A stretch of DNA of 64,000 bases from Pecten maximus (Eukaryota), in the NCBI RefSeq assembly GCF_902652985.1, contig NC_047026.1, forward strand, positions 33,852,001-33,916,000, read 5' to 3'. A program made the translations under genes and the position numbers. Under the pieces are notes generated by a model. It had not been told where the DNA came from. It saw only the letters and a list, made by a program, of their open reading frames with translations, and searched no databases. Positions 21,194-34,843 of this stretch are shown piece by piece; the first letter of the stretch is position 1, and every line of letters begins with the position of its first letter.

Positions 21194-24127
21194 TCAGGGA
21201 CGTCGTGATATCGTTCTTTTCTTGTCTCCTGCAGCCCAGGACTTGGATCTTGACCGGAAGTGACGTAAATCATCGCAGTGACCAGGATGTAGCATCGGCT
21301 TGTATTCCATTGGTTGACACAGAGTCTGCAGAAGAAAAGTTGGAGTTAAATATATGATCAGCGATTAATTTTTAAAGTGTTTAAGATCATTCATCACAGT
21401 TAATTCTGCTTTCATGATATTGATATAGGTTCATGTTAGATACAAAAAAACAAAAAGATTGTTTGAACGATCAGATGGCAGCAGGGATTAAATAAAACAC
21501 GATAATTACCTTGTCTTTGTGATAGAACGCTTTGTAACCGCCATCAAGTAGGTACACCTCGGGGAAGGTCAGGGACGGGTAGTTAGCCTCGTTCTGAGTA
21601 CGGTCTTGGGCCCTCAGGAAACGCATCCTGTTAAAAAGCAATAGATAAACATATATAGAACTGAACTATTGATATCATTGTAATGTCTTGATTAAGGAAA
21701 TAAATGGTTCGGCATATACATGTAATTGCTTTAGTAAAACTCTAAGGTCTTTGCTTGTGTCTACAGTAAAACATATCTCTTAACGAGAACGCAATTTACG
21801 AAGTTTCTTTTTGAAGTTGTTTTTAGTATTTTCATGGGGGAGAGAGAGTATCTGCAAACGTTGACGACAGTAAAATTACACTTTTAAATCACTTTTAAAA
21901 AATCTTATCAACCGTTTTTCTTCGTGTTGTATAGAAATGTTTGTGTTACGTGGCAAGTTTGGCACTCGTTTTCTCCTTAAATATATTTATATATGGATGT
22001 AGAAATGACGTATACAGTTTGTAGGTACTCTTAGGTGACAAACTTACATCTTGGGTCCCCTCTCTGATGAGAATTCACAGTGGAAGATGAGAATGTTTCT
22101 TTTCCCGGTGACGTCACACGCCTGCGTGTCGTGAAGCAACTGTTGGACCTGGTCACGTGTATATTTATTCTCTGCGTCCTGATGAAAAAAAAGACAAAAC
22201 TGTTCATTATATGTAGATCTAAATTACTCAGTTCAGGATAAGACTGAAAATGGAATGACAAAATTACTTCAGATATGGATTCAATATACTATCGGCTATT
22301 CGTATATTCAGAAACTCATAGAATGTGTACTTTAGCTTGTTACACCAGCTCCTAAATTTGAATTGAAGTATCACGTGATACGTTGGTGAGTCGATGGAAA
22401 TGTTGATGACTAATTTCAAAAAATTCATAATGAAAAAATGAAGTACAAACCTTGATGTGACCCCCATCGTACTCGTACGGGTATCGACAGTCGATGATTC
22501 TGTAAGTATCGATGACGTCATCATAACTTCCGGTCAGTATATCGGCCATCTGTAAGGAAAAAAATATATATAATGAAAAATAATGAATACCATTTATTAT
22601 CATTTTATCAATAGCAAATTAATTTGTCATTTCTAAGCATTGTAATGATCTATTTCAAACTGTTTGGTAAAGAAATTCAATAAATAGCAAAATACAAAGT
22701 AACGTAATAGTTATTGTGCCATTTAGCCTATCCGGATTCCAATATATATACATTGTATCTGTGTAATATTTTTTCCGTTGAATTCTACCCTTACCGTATC
22801 AGCTGAGATGGACTTGAGGTCCTGGTGTTTGCCCCTGATGGTCGGCAGACAAAACGTGTCGGTCCCGTCCCCTATCAAATCCTCCTCCACCAAACGGTCT
22901 ACAGCAGCCTTCATGTCACGTGGTATCAACATCGGACTGTCCTGTGAAAATAAAAATATCAAATATGATTATTTGACTTCTTACCATGTGTAGATTTGGT
23001 GATAATTTTTTAGTTAGATCTTAATGACGTGATATTACTCGAGGAACAGATTAAATATGTTTTTTGTTGATCTATGATTGTTTTGATTTTCTTCTCATAT
23101 TTGACTTATCTTTCATCTTGAATTGTAATGTTATGGTACAGCTACGTGTATAGTGTATAAGACAAATGATTGGAACTTGTACCGAATGCAATTTCAGACA
23201 TTATTTTGCCAAGTGTCTTGCTGATGGACAATTATTTCTTTTTTATCGCCCTACCGCTATTATATCTGGTGAACCACAATACCCTTACCTCATAAGACAT
23301 CGTCCTCTTCATTCCACCGCTCCTCCGCTGTATCTTAGACGATGGAGTAACGCAATCATCCTCATCACGGTGACGCTTGCCTGAGAAGAGGGAACGCTTT
23401 AACCCGGTATAGTTACCATCAATCTGAAATAAGGAGGAAACGGTGAAAATATGAAAATTGTGTTATCGAACAATTTTTTTCTCAATTTAAACCATTTGAA
23501 TAATTTTTCTATTATTATTTTATCAGATTAAATTATTAATAAATATTTGTTGAAACTTGCTTTTTTATCTATTGATACATATAAATATACTCGTTTAAAA
23601 TTGTTTCTCATATCAGAATGAATATAAATAATTGACAAAGATGCCACAACTTTTCTCATTTTACATGATATATAGAATCCTAAATATCATTTATTAAAAA
23701 TTTTGATCAGCATTCGTATTTTGATACTTACATGCCGTACCGGGGAGGCGAACACGTTACTGAAATCCAAACGTGTGGACACCTTGTAATCTGTTGATGG
23801 GATCTGAAACATCAAAAGGTCATGATTACATAATATAACTATATATATATGTATCGATATTGTAGATATATACATGTATGTATCATTACACGACGGGATT
23901 AATCTAAGTCTTTACAACTTCACATGTCACATAAACAAGCGTCCAATACTTCAAACCTGTGAACCAATCATACAAGTTCTTACCCCAATATCATCCATTC
24001 CAAGTCCGGAATCTTCATCATCGAACAACTGACGGAGGTCCTTCTTCACTTCCGGGGTCATTAGGAATTTGACCTCGTCATCAAAGTCAAGACTACGACA
24101 CGGGGTCAAGGTCAAAGTTGATGCCAT
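21194..24127 (-). CDS. CDC25: Cdc25 (M-phase inducer phosphatase) copy 2, intact, 325 aa: exons 24127-23984, 23803-23732, 23423-23289, 22941-22795, 22549-22451, 22178-22048, 21627-21510, 21325-21194
   Basis: GT-AG introns with consistent phases; [16 protein letters not shown], catalytic [27 protein letters not shown]-terminal RSKSW; N-terminal DSGLG and KRSLF; AATAAA at 20589-20584. Confidence 0.92.
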
Positions 24128-26470
24128 CACCTGAAACATAATAACAGTGAATTGTCAGACATTCAAATTGAAGGAAATACCTACATTTTGTATCATAGCA
24201 GCTTGCTTCAAAAATTATCAAAATATGAAAATTAATGAGACCATATTGCAGTGAATAGTTCACGTGGAATTACAGTATACCAGAATGATTTTAATGGTCA
24301 ATAATTCAAACGTAACAGTTTACGAAATCCACAATTTTATTTCTAATTATTTTGTGTATATGCTCAAGATATCTTAAATAAATATTGATCTCGAATGAAT
24401 ATTATCAATAAATCGGCATATAGTGTACATTTTGAAGACACGTATATATAAGATATTGCTACCCAGATATCAAATTTTGATATGCATATGTACATGTATA
24501 TTGAACTTATCAATACAATTTACTGTATGGACCAAGATATGATCCCCTGAAAATAAATGGTAAACATTGACCAGAAATATGTAATCATTGAATGTTGTAA
24601 ATAATAACAAGCAACAAACTATAAAACTTACGATTTAAACTGGTAAATAGGGTTTAGTGAAGTTGAAGACTGTAGAAGAATCTGGATTTCATTCAGGGTT
24701 AGTAGATGTAGGTAGTAATGATGTACGTAGAGGACAACTTTGATGAAGACCACAGGGAAAGCACGTGTATATATATACGTCTATGTCCTTGCTCAATGTG
24801 TCTGCTCAACTCGCGTGGACATATCAAAGCAGTCCCGGGCCCCGGGACGAGGCGCTCTACTCCACCTGTCGTTTACGCCCTATCACGTGATGTTCTGGAC
24901 CCCCAACAGCCTTTACTAGGTTTGTTGTTACAACATCACGTCATCGATTACTTTTATAAACACAAAACTCGGACTTCAAAAGATAAACACTGATCGCTGC
25001 CAGGTGGTGTTTTCTTTATCAAAGTGTGCATGAATATCGGGACAAAACTAATAACTAAATCTGTATTGTGAAATGATCATATTGTTAATAAAATACGAGG
25101 TGTTTTAGATAGATATTTCAATATACATGTATCTCATTGGAATACACATATGTATTTGCGACTAATTCGAAGTTTGGCACGTTATTTATATTTTCATTAG
25201 GGAAGATGAACGGTGACATGACTACGACCATTGTTGTAAAATTACAATTCATCAAAACATTAATTACAATATAGTTATAAACGACAAAAAATATTGACTT
25301 AACAAGTTTTTCCAGTTTTAAAACAAAAAGTATGTATGATGAAATCCGTAAGCCTTTGTCATATAAGTTATTTAGTAGAACATGTTGATGAGACGATAAA
25401 ATTTTATTTAGTATAAACAGTTTTGAAAGTGTTCATATTACAGTCTGCGATATTTCTCGATTAACCGTATAGGTGTATAAAGTACCGTAGGTCTCCCGGG
25501 TCGTCAATATCTTATAAGTGTTAATCAATATCGCTGATCGGTAAGCTTAAACCTGTTAAGATCAATGACTAATTAGTTATTAACGTAGTGTTACAAGTAA
25601 TTGGTAACTTAATTAATTCAATTATTTCATTAAAGCCACGCGCTACCTGCGATGTCCGGTGACTGGGTATTCAGTGTTAATTATACCTGGATGTGAACAG
25701 TGGTCATTTTCACACACAATTTGATTGTCCTAATTACTTATATCAATTCACATTGTTCTGAAAAGACGATTGTGATGTTATTATCACACTTGTTAACTAT
25801 ATAAATCATGTTGTTAATTTAAAAGAGAGGAACTGAGTGAAGATGTGTAACCGTTGACTTAAATAGATTAAATAAGGCCAATCGATATCAAAGGTTAATT
25901 ATTCGTGTGACAGATATTCTTCTTACATTCCCTGTTTCTCTATTTAACCTTTATAATAAAAACCAATGTAAAGTATAGAATGTCATCCTCACACACAGGG
26001 TAACTTCATCGTAAATCGATTTGATTTTCCAGAGATATTTGATATTTGGGGTTTGGGGTTGAGCCGCTTGAAGAAAGAAGAAAGATAGAAAAAACATGTT
26101 ATTCTTGTATATAATAAACTTCATAAAAATTGAGTCCGTCTTATTTACATGTATCTAGTATTCTTCCACCCAAAGTAGGCGAACCTACCACGTATACCTA
26201 CAATTGGAGATATACTGCCAACTATCGGTGTAGTGGTTATCAATTCTGACTGATTCCAATCTTTTATTCCAACTACTGTAAAATAATAATTCGTCAAACG
26301 AGGCACAGAGAAGCCATTCGCTATTGTTTTAAATGTTCAATTTCACGTTAAATTCGTTATTTACACAAATTGTATGGCTAAAATAAGAATAGATATTTTA
26401 CTACGAGGTTTTCGTAATAAATTACGAGTTAGTAGTTTGAATTACGACTTATACTGAGTCAATATTGTCA

Positions 26471-29400
26471 ATGTCTGGATCGTGAGTTACTGACGACTTT
26501 ATCTGTGAGTGTCTGGATCGTGAGTTAAGGACAACTCTATCCGTGAGTGTCTGGATCGTGAGTTACCGACAACTCTATCCGTGAGTGTCTGGATCGTGAG
26601 TTACGGACAACTCTATCTGCGAGTGTCTCGATCGTGAGTTACCGACAACTCAATACGTAGGTGTGTCTGGATCCTAGGTTACCGACGACTATATCCGTGC
26701 TTGTCTGGATCGTGAGTTACCGACAACTCTATCCGTGAGTGTCTGGTCTGTGGGTTACCGACGACTCTATCCGTGAGCGTCTGAACCATGAGTTACCGAC
26801 AACTCTATCCATGGGTGTCTGGTTCGTGGGTTACGGAAAACTTTATCCGTGAATGTCTGGTTCGTGGGTTACCGAAAACATTATCTGTGAATGTCTGGAT
26901 CGTGAGTTACCGACAATTTTATCCGTGAATGTCTGGTTCGTGGGTTACCGACGGCTCTATCCGTGAGTGTCTGGATCGTGGGTTACCGACGACTCTCTCC
27001 GTGAGTGTCTGGACTGTGGGTTACCGACAACTCTTCCGTGAGTGTCTGGATCGTGAGTTACCGACGACTTTATCCGAGAATGTCTTGATCGTGAGTTACA
27101 GACAACTCCACCGTGAGTGTCTGGATCGTGAGTTAAAGACGACTCTATCCGTGAGTGTCTGGAGCATGGGTAACCGACGGCTCTATCCGTGAGCGTCTGC
27201 TTCTTGGGTTGCCGACAACTCTATCCGTGCGTGTCTGGATCGTCAGTTACCGACGACTCTATCCGTGAGTGCCAGGATCGTGAGTTACCGACGACTCTCT
27301 CCGTGAGTATCTGGATCGTGAGTTACCGACAACTCAATAAGTAAGTGTCTGGATCCTAGGCTACCGACAACTCTATCCGTGAGTGTCTGGATCCTAGGTT
27401 ACCGACAACTCTATCCGTGAGTGTCTGGATCGTGAGTTAGCGACGACTCTATCCGTGAGTGTCTGGATCGTGAGTTACCGACGACTCTATCCGTGAGTGT
27501 CTGGATCGTGAGTTAGCGACAACTCTTATCTGAGAGTGTCTGGATCGTGAGTTACCGACAAGTCTATCCGTGAGTGTCTGGATCGTGAGTTACCGACAAC
27601 TCAATTCGTAAGTGTCTGGATCCTAGGCTACCGACGACTATATCCGTGCTTGTGTAGATCGTGAGTTACCGACAACTCTTCCCTGAATGTCAGGACAATA
27701 GGTTACTGGCGAGTCTCTCCGTGAACATCAGGATAATGGGTTACTGGCGAGTCTATCACTGAACGTCAGGACCACAAGTTACTGGCGAGTCTATACCTGA
27801 ACGTCAGGAGAATGGGTTATTGATGAGTCTGTCCGTGAACGTCAGTACCATGGGTTACTGGTGAGTCTTTCATTGAACATCAGGACCAATGGTTACTGGC
27901 GAGTCTATCACTGAACGTCAGGACCACAAGTTACTTGCGAGTCTATACCTGAACTTCAGGAAAATGGGTTATTGATGACTCTGTCCGTGAACGTCAGTAC
28001 CATGGGTTATTCGCGAGGCAGTCCCTGAATGTCACGACAATGGGTTACTGGCGAGTCTGTCCCTGAACGTCAGGTTAATGAGTTACTTGCGAGTCTGTCC
28101 CTGAACGTAAGGACTATGGGTTACTGTTGGTTCTGTTCGTGAACCTCAGGACCATGGGTTACTGTTGAGTCTGTCCGTGAACGTCAGGAACATGAGTTAC
28201 CGGCGAGTCTGTCCGTGAACGTCAGGACCAGGAGTTACTGGCGAGTCTTTCCGTGAACGTAAGGAGAATGGGTTACTGGCGAGTCGGTACTTGAATGTCA
28301 GGACCATGGGTTACTGGCGAGTCTGTCCCTAAACGTAAGGACCATGGGTTACTGACGAGTCTGTCACTGAAGGTCAGGACCATGTGTTACTGGCGAGTCT
28401 GTCCGTGAACGTCAGGACCATGAGTTACTTGCGATTTTTCCCGTGAAAGTAAGGACAATGGGTCACTGGCGAGTCTGTCCCTGAACGTCAGGACAATGGG
28501 TTACTGGCGAGTCTGTCCGTGAACGTCAGGACCATGGGCTACTAGCGAGTCTGTCCGTGAACGTCAGGACCATGAGTTACTGGCGAGTTTGTCCGTGAAC
28601 GTCAGGACCATGGGTATTGGCGAGTCTGTCCCTGAACGTCAGTTTCATAAGTGAGTTACTGGCGAGTCTGTCCGTGAACTTCAGGACTATGGGTTATTGG
28701 CGAGGCAGTCCATGAACATCAGGACAATGGGTTACTGGCGAGTCTGTACCTGAACGTCAGGACCATGCATTACTGTTGAGTCTGTCCGTGAACGTCAGGA
28801 CAATGGGTTACTGGTGAGTCTGTCCCTGAATGTCAGGACAATGGGTCACTGATGAGTTTGTCCGAGAGCGTCAGGACAACGAGTTACTGGTGAATCTGTC
28901 ATTGAACGTCAGGACATTGGGTTACTGGTGAGCCTGTCATTGAACGTCAGGACCATGGGTTACTGGCGAGTCTGTCCGTGAACGTCAGGACTATGGGTTA
29001 CTGGCGAGTCTATCGCTGAACGTAAGGACCACAAGTCACTGTTGAGTCTGTCCGTGAACGTCAGGACCATAGGTTATTGGCGAGGCAGTCCATGAACATC
29101 AGGACAATGGGTTACTGGTGAGTCTGTCCCTCAACGTCAGGACCATGGGTTACTGGCGAGTTTGTCCATGAGCGTCAGGACAATGGGTAACTGATGAGTC
29201 GGTCATTGAACGGCAGGACCATGGGTTACTGGCGAGTTTGTCCGTGAACGTCTCGCCCATAGGTTACTGGCATTTTTTTCCGTGAGCGTCAGGACAATGG
29301 GTTTCTGATGAGTCGGTCATTGTACGTCAGGACCATGGGTTACTGGCGAGTATGTTCGTGAACGTCAGGACAATGGGTTACTGGGGAGTCTGTCCCTTAA

Positions 29401-29527
29401 CGTCAGTTTCATAAGTGAGTTACAGAGTGTACTGGCGAGTCTGTCCCTGAACGTCAGGACAATGGGTTACTGACGAGTCTGTCCCTGAACGTCAGGACCA
29501 TGGGTTACTGACGAGTCTGCCCGTGAA
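26471..29527. repeat. 38-bp satellite, ~80 units, two subfamilies (A to ~27680, B after)
   Basis: A: GAGTGTCTGGATCGTGAGTTACCGACAACTCTATCCGT; B: GAACGTCAGGACCATGGGTTACTGGCGAGTCTGTCCGT. Confidence 0.95.
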
Positions 29528-30190
29528 AGTATACCTTTAGAAAGTATGACAGAGTGATACTGTCTAAACACGACCTGATGTTAAATCATATGTTCAAAGT
29601 TGTCTGGGTAATTAATACGTTCATGAACTATGATCAATAAACACTGCTAAATCATTTCCCCACGATACTCTGCTCTATCATTTAAATCAAATGGGAGATC
29701 ATCTATCGTCTCGTTGGTTCCGACATACACTGTACATGGTTGTATATGTGGAGGTGTGTTTGTATAGGGCTTAAACATTTCATAACATTACACAACACAG
29801 AAAAAAGGTTAATGTAAACTTTATTTCGTACAAAACTGAAATAAACATGTATACAAAAAGTAAAAGCACTTCAGTCAATATAGCACTAGACAAAGATAAA
29901 ATACAGTCGACACCATGTACATTTACAGGTCCTCGTTTTAAACTGTCGATCATGTCTCATAACAAGGAAAGGAAACATAGCACTTCACGATGAAAACGAC
30001 GGGGATGGTCAGTTTGTACATTGTAGGTGTTGATTTGTCCTTCAAGTAAACACAATCCTCCCTTCGGAATCTTAAACATCAACAACCATTTCCGAACGAA
30101 ATGCGAACAACAGAAACTTGTTTCTGGCTCTGACATGAAGCTCTGACATGAAGCTCTGACATGCGTCCCTCCTTTTTGTAGTTGTGTAGT

Positions 30191-33100
30191 TCAGGGACGT
30201 CGCGATATCTTTCTTTTCTTGTCTCCTGCAGCCCAGGACTTGGATCTTGACCGGAAGTGACGTAAATCATCGCAGTGACCAGGATGTAGCATCGGCGTGT
30301 ATTCCATCGGTTGACACAGAGTCTGCAGAAGAAAAGTTGGGGTTTGAAATATGATCAACGAATGCTTTAAGAGATTTGAGATCAGAGACAACATACAGTG
30401 TAATAACTTTATCTTTTATACTGTACATCATAGTTAATGCTGCTTTTATGTCATACCAATACAACATGTGTTGTAAATAAGATAGATATTTTATTCAGCC
30501 GAACACGAAAGTATATGTGTTTATCATAGTCAGGTATAATGAAATTGTTTGGACGATCAGCTTACACCAGGGATTAAATAAAACACGATAATTACCTTGT
30601 CTGTGTGATAGAACGCCTTGTAACCGCCATCAAGGAGGTACACCTCGGGGAAGGTCAGGGACGGATAGTTAGCCTCGTTCTGAGTACGGTCTTGGGCCCT
30701 CAGGAAACGCATCCTGTTAGAAAAGCAAAAAATATACATGTATATAGAACTGAACTTTTGATATCCTGGTAATATCTTGATTAAGGAAATAAATGGTTAA
30801 ATATATAATTGGTTTTGTAAAACTCGAAGCTCTAGAATCTGTCTACAGTCAAACAGAATGAAAGCGCAGATAAACGGGATAAGAACGAAATGTACATTGG
30901 TATCTTGTTGTCGAAATTATGTTTGGATTTTTTCTGGGAAGACAGTGTCCGAAAATTATGAGAAAAGTGAACGAGATCAACTTACATCTTGGGTCCCCTC
31001 TCAGATGAGAATTCACAGTGGAAGATGAGAATGTTTCTCTTTCCGGTGACGTCACATGTCTGCGTGTCGTGAAGCAGCTGTTGGACCTGGTCACGTGTAT
31101 ACCTATTCTCTGCGTCCTGATAAAAAAAAGACATTTTTTAAATAAGATATTGATCTAAATCATTATAATATTGAAACTTAATTGAAAATTACAAGCATAT
31201 ATTCAATATGTTGTTAGTTTGATTCGTATACTCAAGAAACTTATAGATTAATAAGATTATTATCTATTTTCGGGGGTATATTTACTTCTAACCCGCTCCT
31301 CAACTTGAATTGAAGTACATGTATCACGTGATACGTTCGTGAGCGATGGAAGTTTTAATGACAAGTACAAAATATGATAACGCTTAGATGAAGTACAAAC
31401 CTTGATGTGACCCCCATCGTACTCGTACGGGTATCGACAGTCGATGATTCTGTAAGTATCGATGACGTCATCATAACTTCCGGTCAGTATATCGGCCATC
31501 TGTAAGAAAAAATAAAACAAATACAATGAAAAATAATGAAGACCAGTAAACATCATATATCAATAGCAAACCAATTTGTCATTTCTAAGAATGGAAACGA
31601 TCTGTTTTAAAACTGTTTGGTGAAGAAATTCTATAAATAGCGAAATTCAAAGTAGGGTAATAGTTATTGTGCCATTTATCCAGTTTGAATTCATACGTGA
31701 TTCTAATATATACATCGTATCTGTGTAATATTTTCCCGTTGAATTCTACCCTTACCGTATCAGCTGAGATGGACTTGAGGTCCTGGTGTTTGCCCCTGAT
31801 GGTCGGCAGACAAAACGTGTCGGTCCCGTCCCCTATCAAATCCTCCTCCACCAAACGGTCTACAGCAGCCTTCATGTCACGTGGTATCAACATCGGACTG
31901 TCCTGTGAAAATAAAAATATAAAATATGATTATTTGACTTCTAACCATGTGTAGATTTGGTGATAATTTTTTAGTTAAATCTTAATGACGTGATATTACT
32001 CGAGGAACAGATTAAATATGTTTTTTGTTGATCTATGATTGTTTTGATTTTCTTCTCATATTTGACTTATCTAACATTTTGAATTGTGATGCTATAGTAC
32101 AGCTACGTGTATTGTTTATAGCGAAATGATTGGAAATGGTACCGAATGCAATTTCAGACATTCTTTGGCCAAGTGCCTTGTTTATAGACAAATATTTCGT
32201 TTCTATATCACCCTAACATTATTATATCTGGTGAACCACAATACCCTTACCCCATAAGACATCGTCCTCTTCATTCCACCGCTCCTCCGCTGTATCTTAG
32301 ACGAGGGAGTAACGCAATCATCCTCATCACGGTGACGCTTGCCTGAGAAGAGGGAACGCTTTAACCCGGTATAGTTACCATCAATCTGAAATAAGGAGGA
32401 ACCGGTGAAAATATGAATATTGTGTTATCGAACAATTTTTTTTCTCAATTTAAACCATTTGAATAATTTTTCTATTATTATTTTATCACATTAAATTATT
32501 AATAAATATTTGTTGAAACTTGCTGTAAATGACAAAGATGCCAAGGTTCGCCTCATTTTTATGATATGTATAACTCCTAAATATCATTCATTTAAAAAAA
32601 TTGATCAGCATTCGTATTTTGATACTTACATGCCGTACCGGGGAGGCGAACACGTTGCTGAAATCCAAACGTGTGGACACCTTGTAATCTGTTGATGGGC
32701 TCTGAAACATCAAAAAGTCACGATTACATAACTATATATACATGCAGGTATCGATATTCATTCTTTCAAAATATTCTATTGTCAACACAATAAGTTTAAA
32801 AACAAGGTGTTTTACATAGAATATCATCAAGATTTGGTGTTGGCAGAAGGGATTGGACAACAGGCTCAGCCTATATTTGTCCTTTTCTATAGATTTCAAG
32901 TTAAATGAACATATGATTATTATACAAAAATAGTGTGAAAGTAGTAAAATATTAGCAGTTAATAATTGATATATACTAACAAAGAAAACACTTTCTCACT
33001 CAATCTCATACTACTATGTACTCATGATGTATTTTCAATTGATAGATCTTTTATATAAATAAATGAGTATATAGACATAATTATTACTTACATGTATAAA

Positions 33101-33535
33101 ATTGAAAGCGTTTACTTTTTTAAGATAAGAACTAGTGTTGGAAAGTATGATTCTATTTAAATCAGTTGGCAAGTCAACGGCACCGTATAATAGAACGTGA
33201 AGACTAACATATCCTATAAGGTTATACATGTAGGTATTGTTGTAGATACATTGTATATACATGTACTGTACATGTATGTATCATTACACAGCGGTATCAA
33301 TATAAATCCATACAACCTCGCACGCCACTTAAACAAGCGTCTGATACCTCAAACCATTTAACCAACATACATTATAAGTTCTTACCACAATATCGTCCAT
33401 TCCAAGTCCGGAATCTTCATCATCGAACAACTGACGGAGGTCCTTCTTCACTTCCGGGGTCATTGGGGATTTGACCTCGTCGTCGTAGTCAAGACTACGA
33501 CACGGGGTCGGGGTCAAGGTCAAAGTTGATGCCAT
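30191..33535 (-). CDS. CDC25: Cdc25 copy 3, intact, 327 aa: exons 33535-33386, 32701-32630, 32385-32251, 31902-31756, 31499-31401, 31116-30986, 30713-30596, 30322-30191
   Basis: Same exon structure and catalytic [10 protein letters not shown]; introns more diverged (older duplication, homology ~29795-36800 vs ~20557-26325); AATAAA at 29825-29820. Confidence 0.92.
32757..33240 (-). mobile_element. 5'-truncated CR1-group LINE 3' end inserted in a Cdc25 copy 3 intron
   Basis: Absent from the equivalent intron in copies 1 and 2; encodes LHVLLYGAVDLPTDLNRIIL...YLKKVNAF, resembling the ORF2 C-terminal LLYG...N..I motif; (GAAT) tail. Confidence 0.55.
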
Positions 33536-34843
33536 GAGCTGAAAAATAATAAACAAAATGAAGGAAATGCGTACATTTTGTATCATAGCAGCTTGCTTCA
33601 AAAATTATCAAAAATTGACAAGACCATATTGCAGTGAACTAGTTCATTTGACATGTGAAATTATACCAGAATAAATTTAATGGGAGAATATTCAAACGAA
33701 TGAAAAAGTTTACGAAATCCACAATTTTATTCCTAATTATTTGATGTTTGTGAACAATATATCTTTAAAAAATATTGATCTCTAATGAATAATATCAATA
33801 ATTTGGCATTTAGTGTACATTTTGAAGATACATATTTAACATATGCAGTTATTGAATTTTAAAATGTTTATGCATATCTATTGCATTAATACAGTTTACT
33901 GTATGAACACAGATATGATCCAATGACAATAAATAGTAAATATTGAACATAAATATGTAATTATTGAATGTTGTAAATAATGACGAGCAACAAACTATAA
34001 AACTTACGATTTAAACAGTTGATAGGTTCAGTGAAGTTGAAGACTGTAGAAGAATCTAGATTTCGTTCAAGGTTAGTAGATGTGGGTAGTGATGATGTAG
34101 AGGACAGCTTTGATGAAGACTACAGGGAAATCACGTGTATTTATACCTTATACGTCAGGGAGAAATCGACATCTATCTTCATGGTCATGCTCAATGTGTC
34201 TGCTCAACTCGCGTGGACTTATCCAAGCAGTCCCGGGGCCCGGGACGAGGCGCTCTACTCCACCTGTCGTTTACGCCCTATCACGTGATGTCCTTGACCT
34301 TCAATACTAGGTTTGTTGTTACAACATCACGTCATCGATACTTTTATAAACACAAAACTCCGACTTCAAAAGATAAACACTGATCGCTGCCAGGTGGTGT
34401 TGTCTTTATCAAAGTGTGCATTAATATCGGGACAAAACTTATAACTAAATCTGTATTGTAAAATGATCATATTGTTGATAAAATACGAGGTGTTTTAGAT
34501 ATAGCTATTTCAATATACATGTATCTCATTGGAATACACCTATATTTGCGACTAATTCGAAGTTGAGCACGTTATTTATATTTTCATTAAGGAAGATGAA
34601 CGGTGCATGTCTACGACTATTGTTGTAAAATTACAATTCATCAAAACATTAATTACAATATAGTTATAAACGACAAAAAATATTGACTTAACAAGTTTTT
34701 CCAGTTTTAACACAGACAGTATGTATGATGAAATCCGTAAGCCTTTGTCATATCTAAAGTTATTTAGTAGAACATGTTGATGAGACGATACCATTTTATT
34801 TAGTATAAACAGTTTTGAAAGTGTTCATATTAGAGTAGTGTTT

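Larger units (their letters stand above)
15453..25623. repeat. Tandem segmental duplication, unit 2 (orphan FAM204A exon 1 and Cdc25 copy 2)
   Basis: Colinear with 6786-15452; starts with a truncated SINE head (15453-15524) and the right half of the old MITE. Confidence 0.9.

Noticed and set aside
20746-21273. Overlapping MSELHVRASC... ORFs (also 10678-11023)
   Set aside because: Artefacts of the 13-bp 3' UTR minisatellite; the true Cdc25 frame stops at 21194.
26471-29527. CRISPR-like appearance of the 38-bp array (and of the 45-, 49- and 51-bp arrays)
   Set aside because: Head-to-tail units with no unique spacers, no cas genes, and a eukaryotic context.
27680-29527. CTGANGAG...GAAC GTC in B-type units as a hammerhead ribozyme
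   Set aside because: Consensus is CTGGCGA, stem II does not pair, and there is no GAAA.
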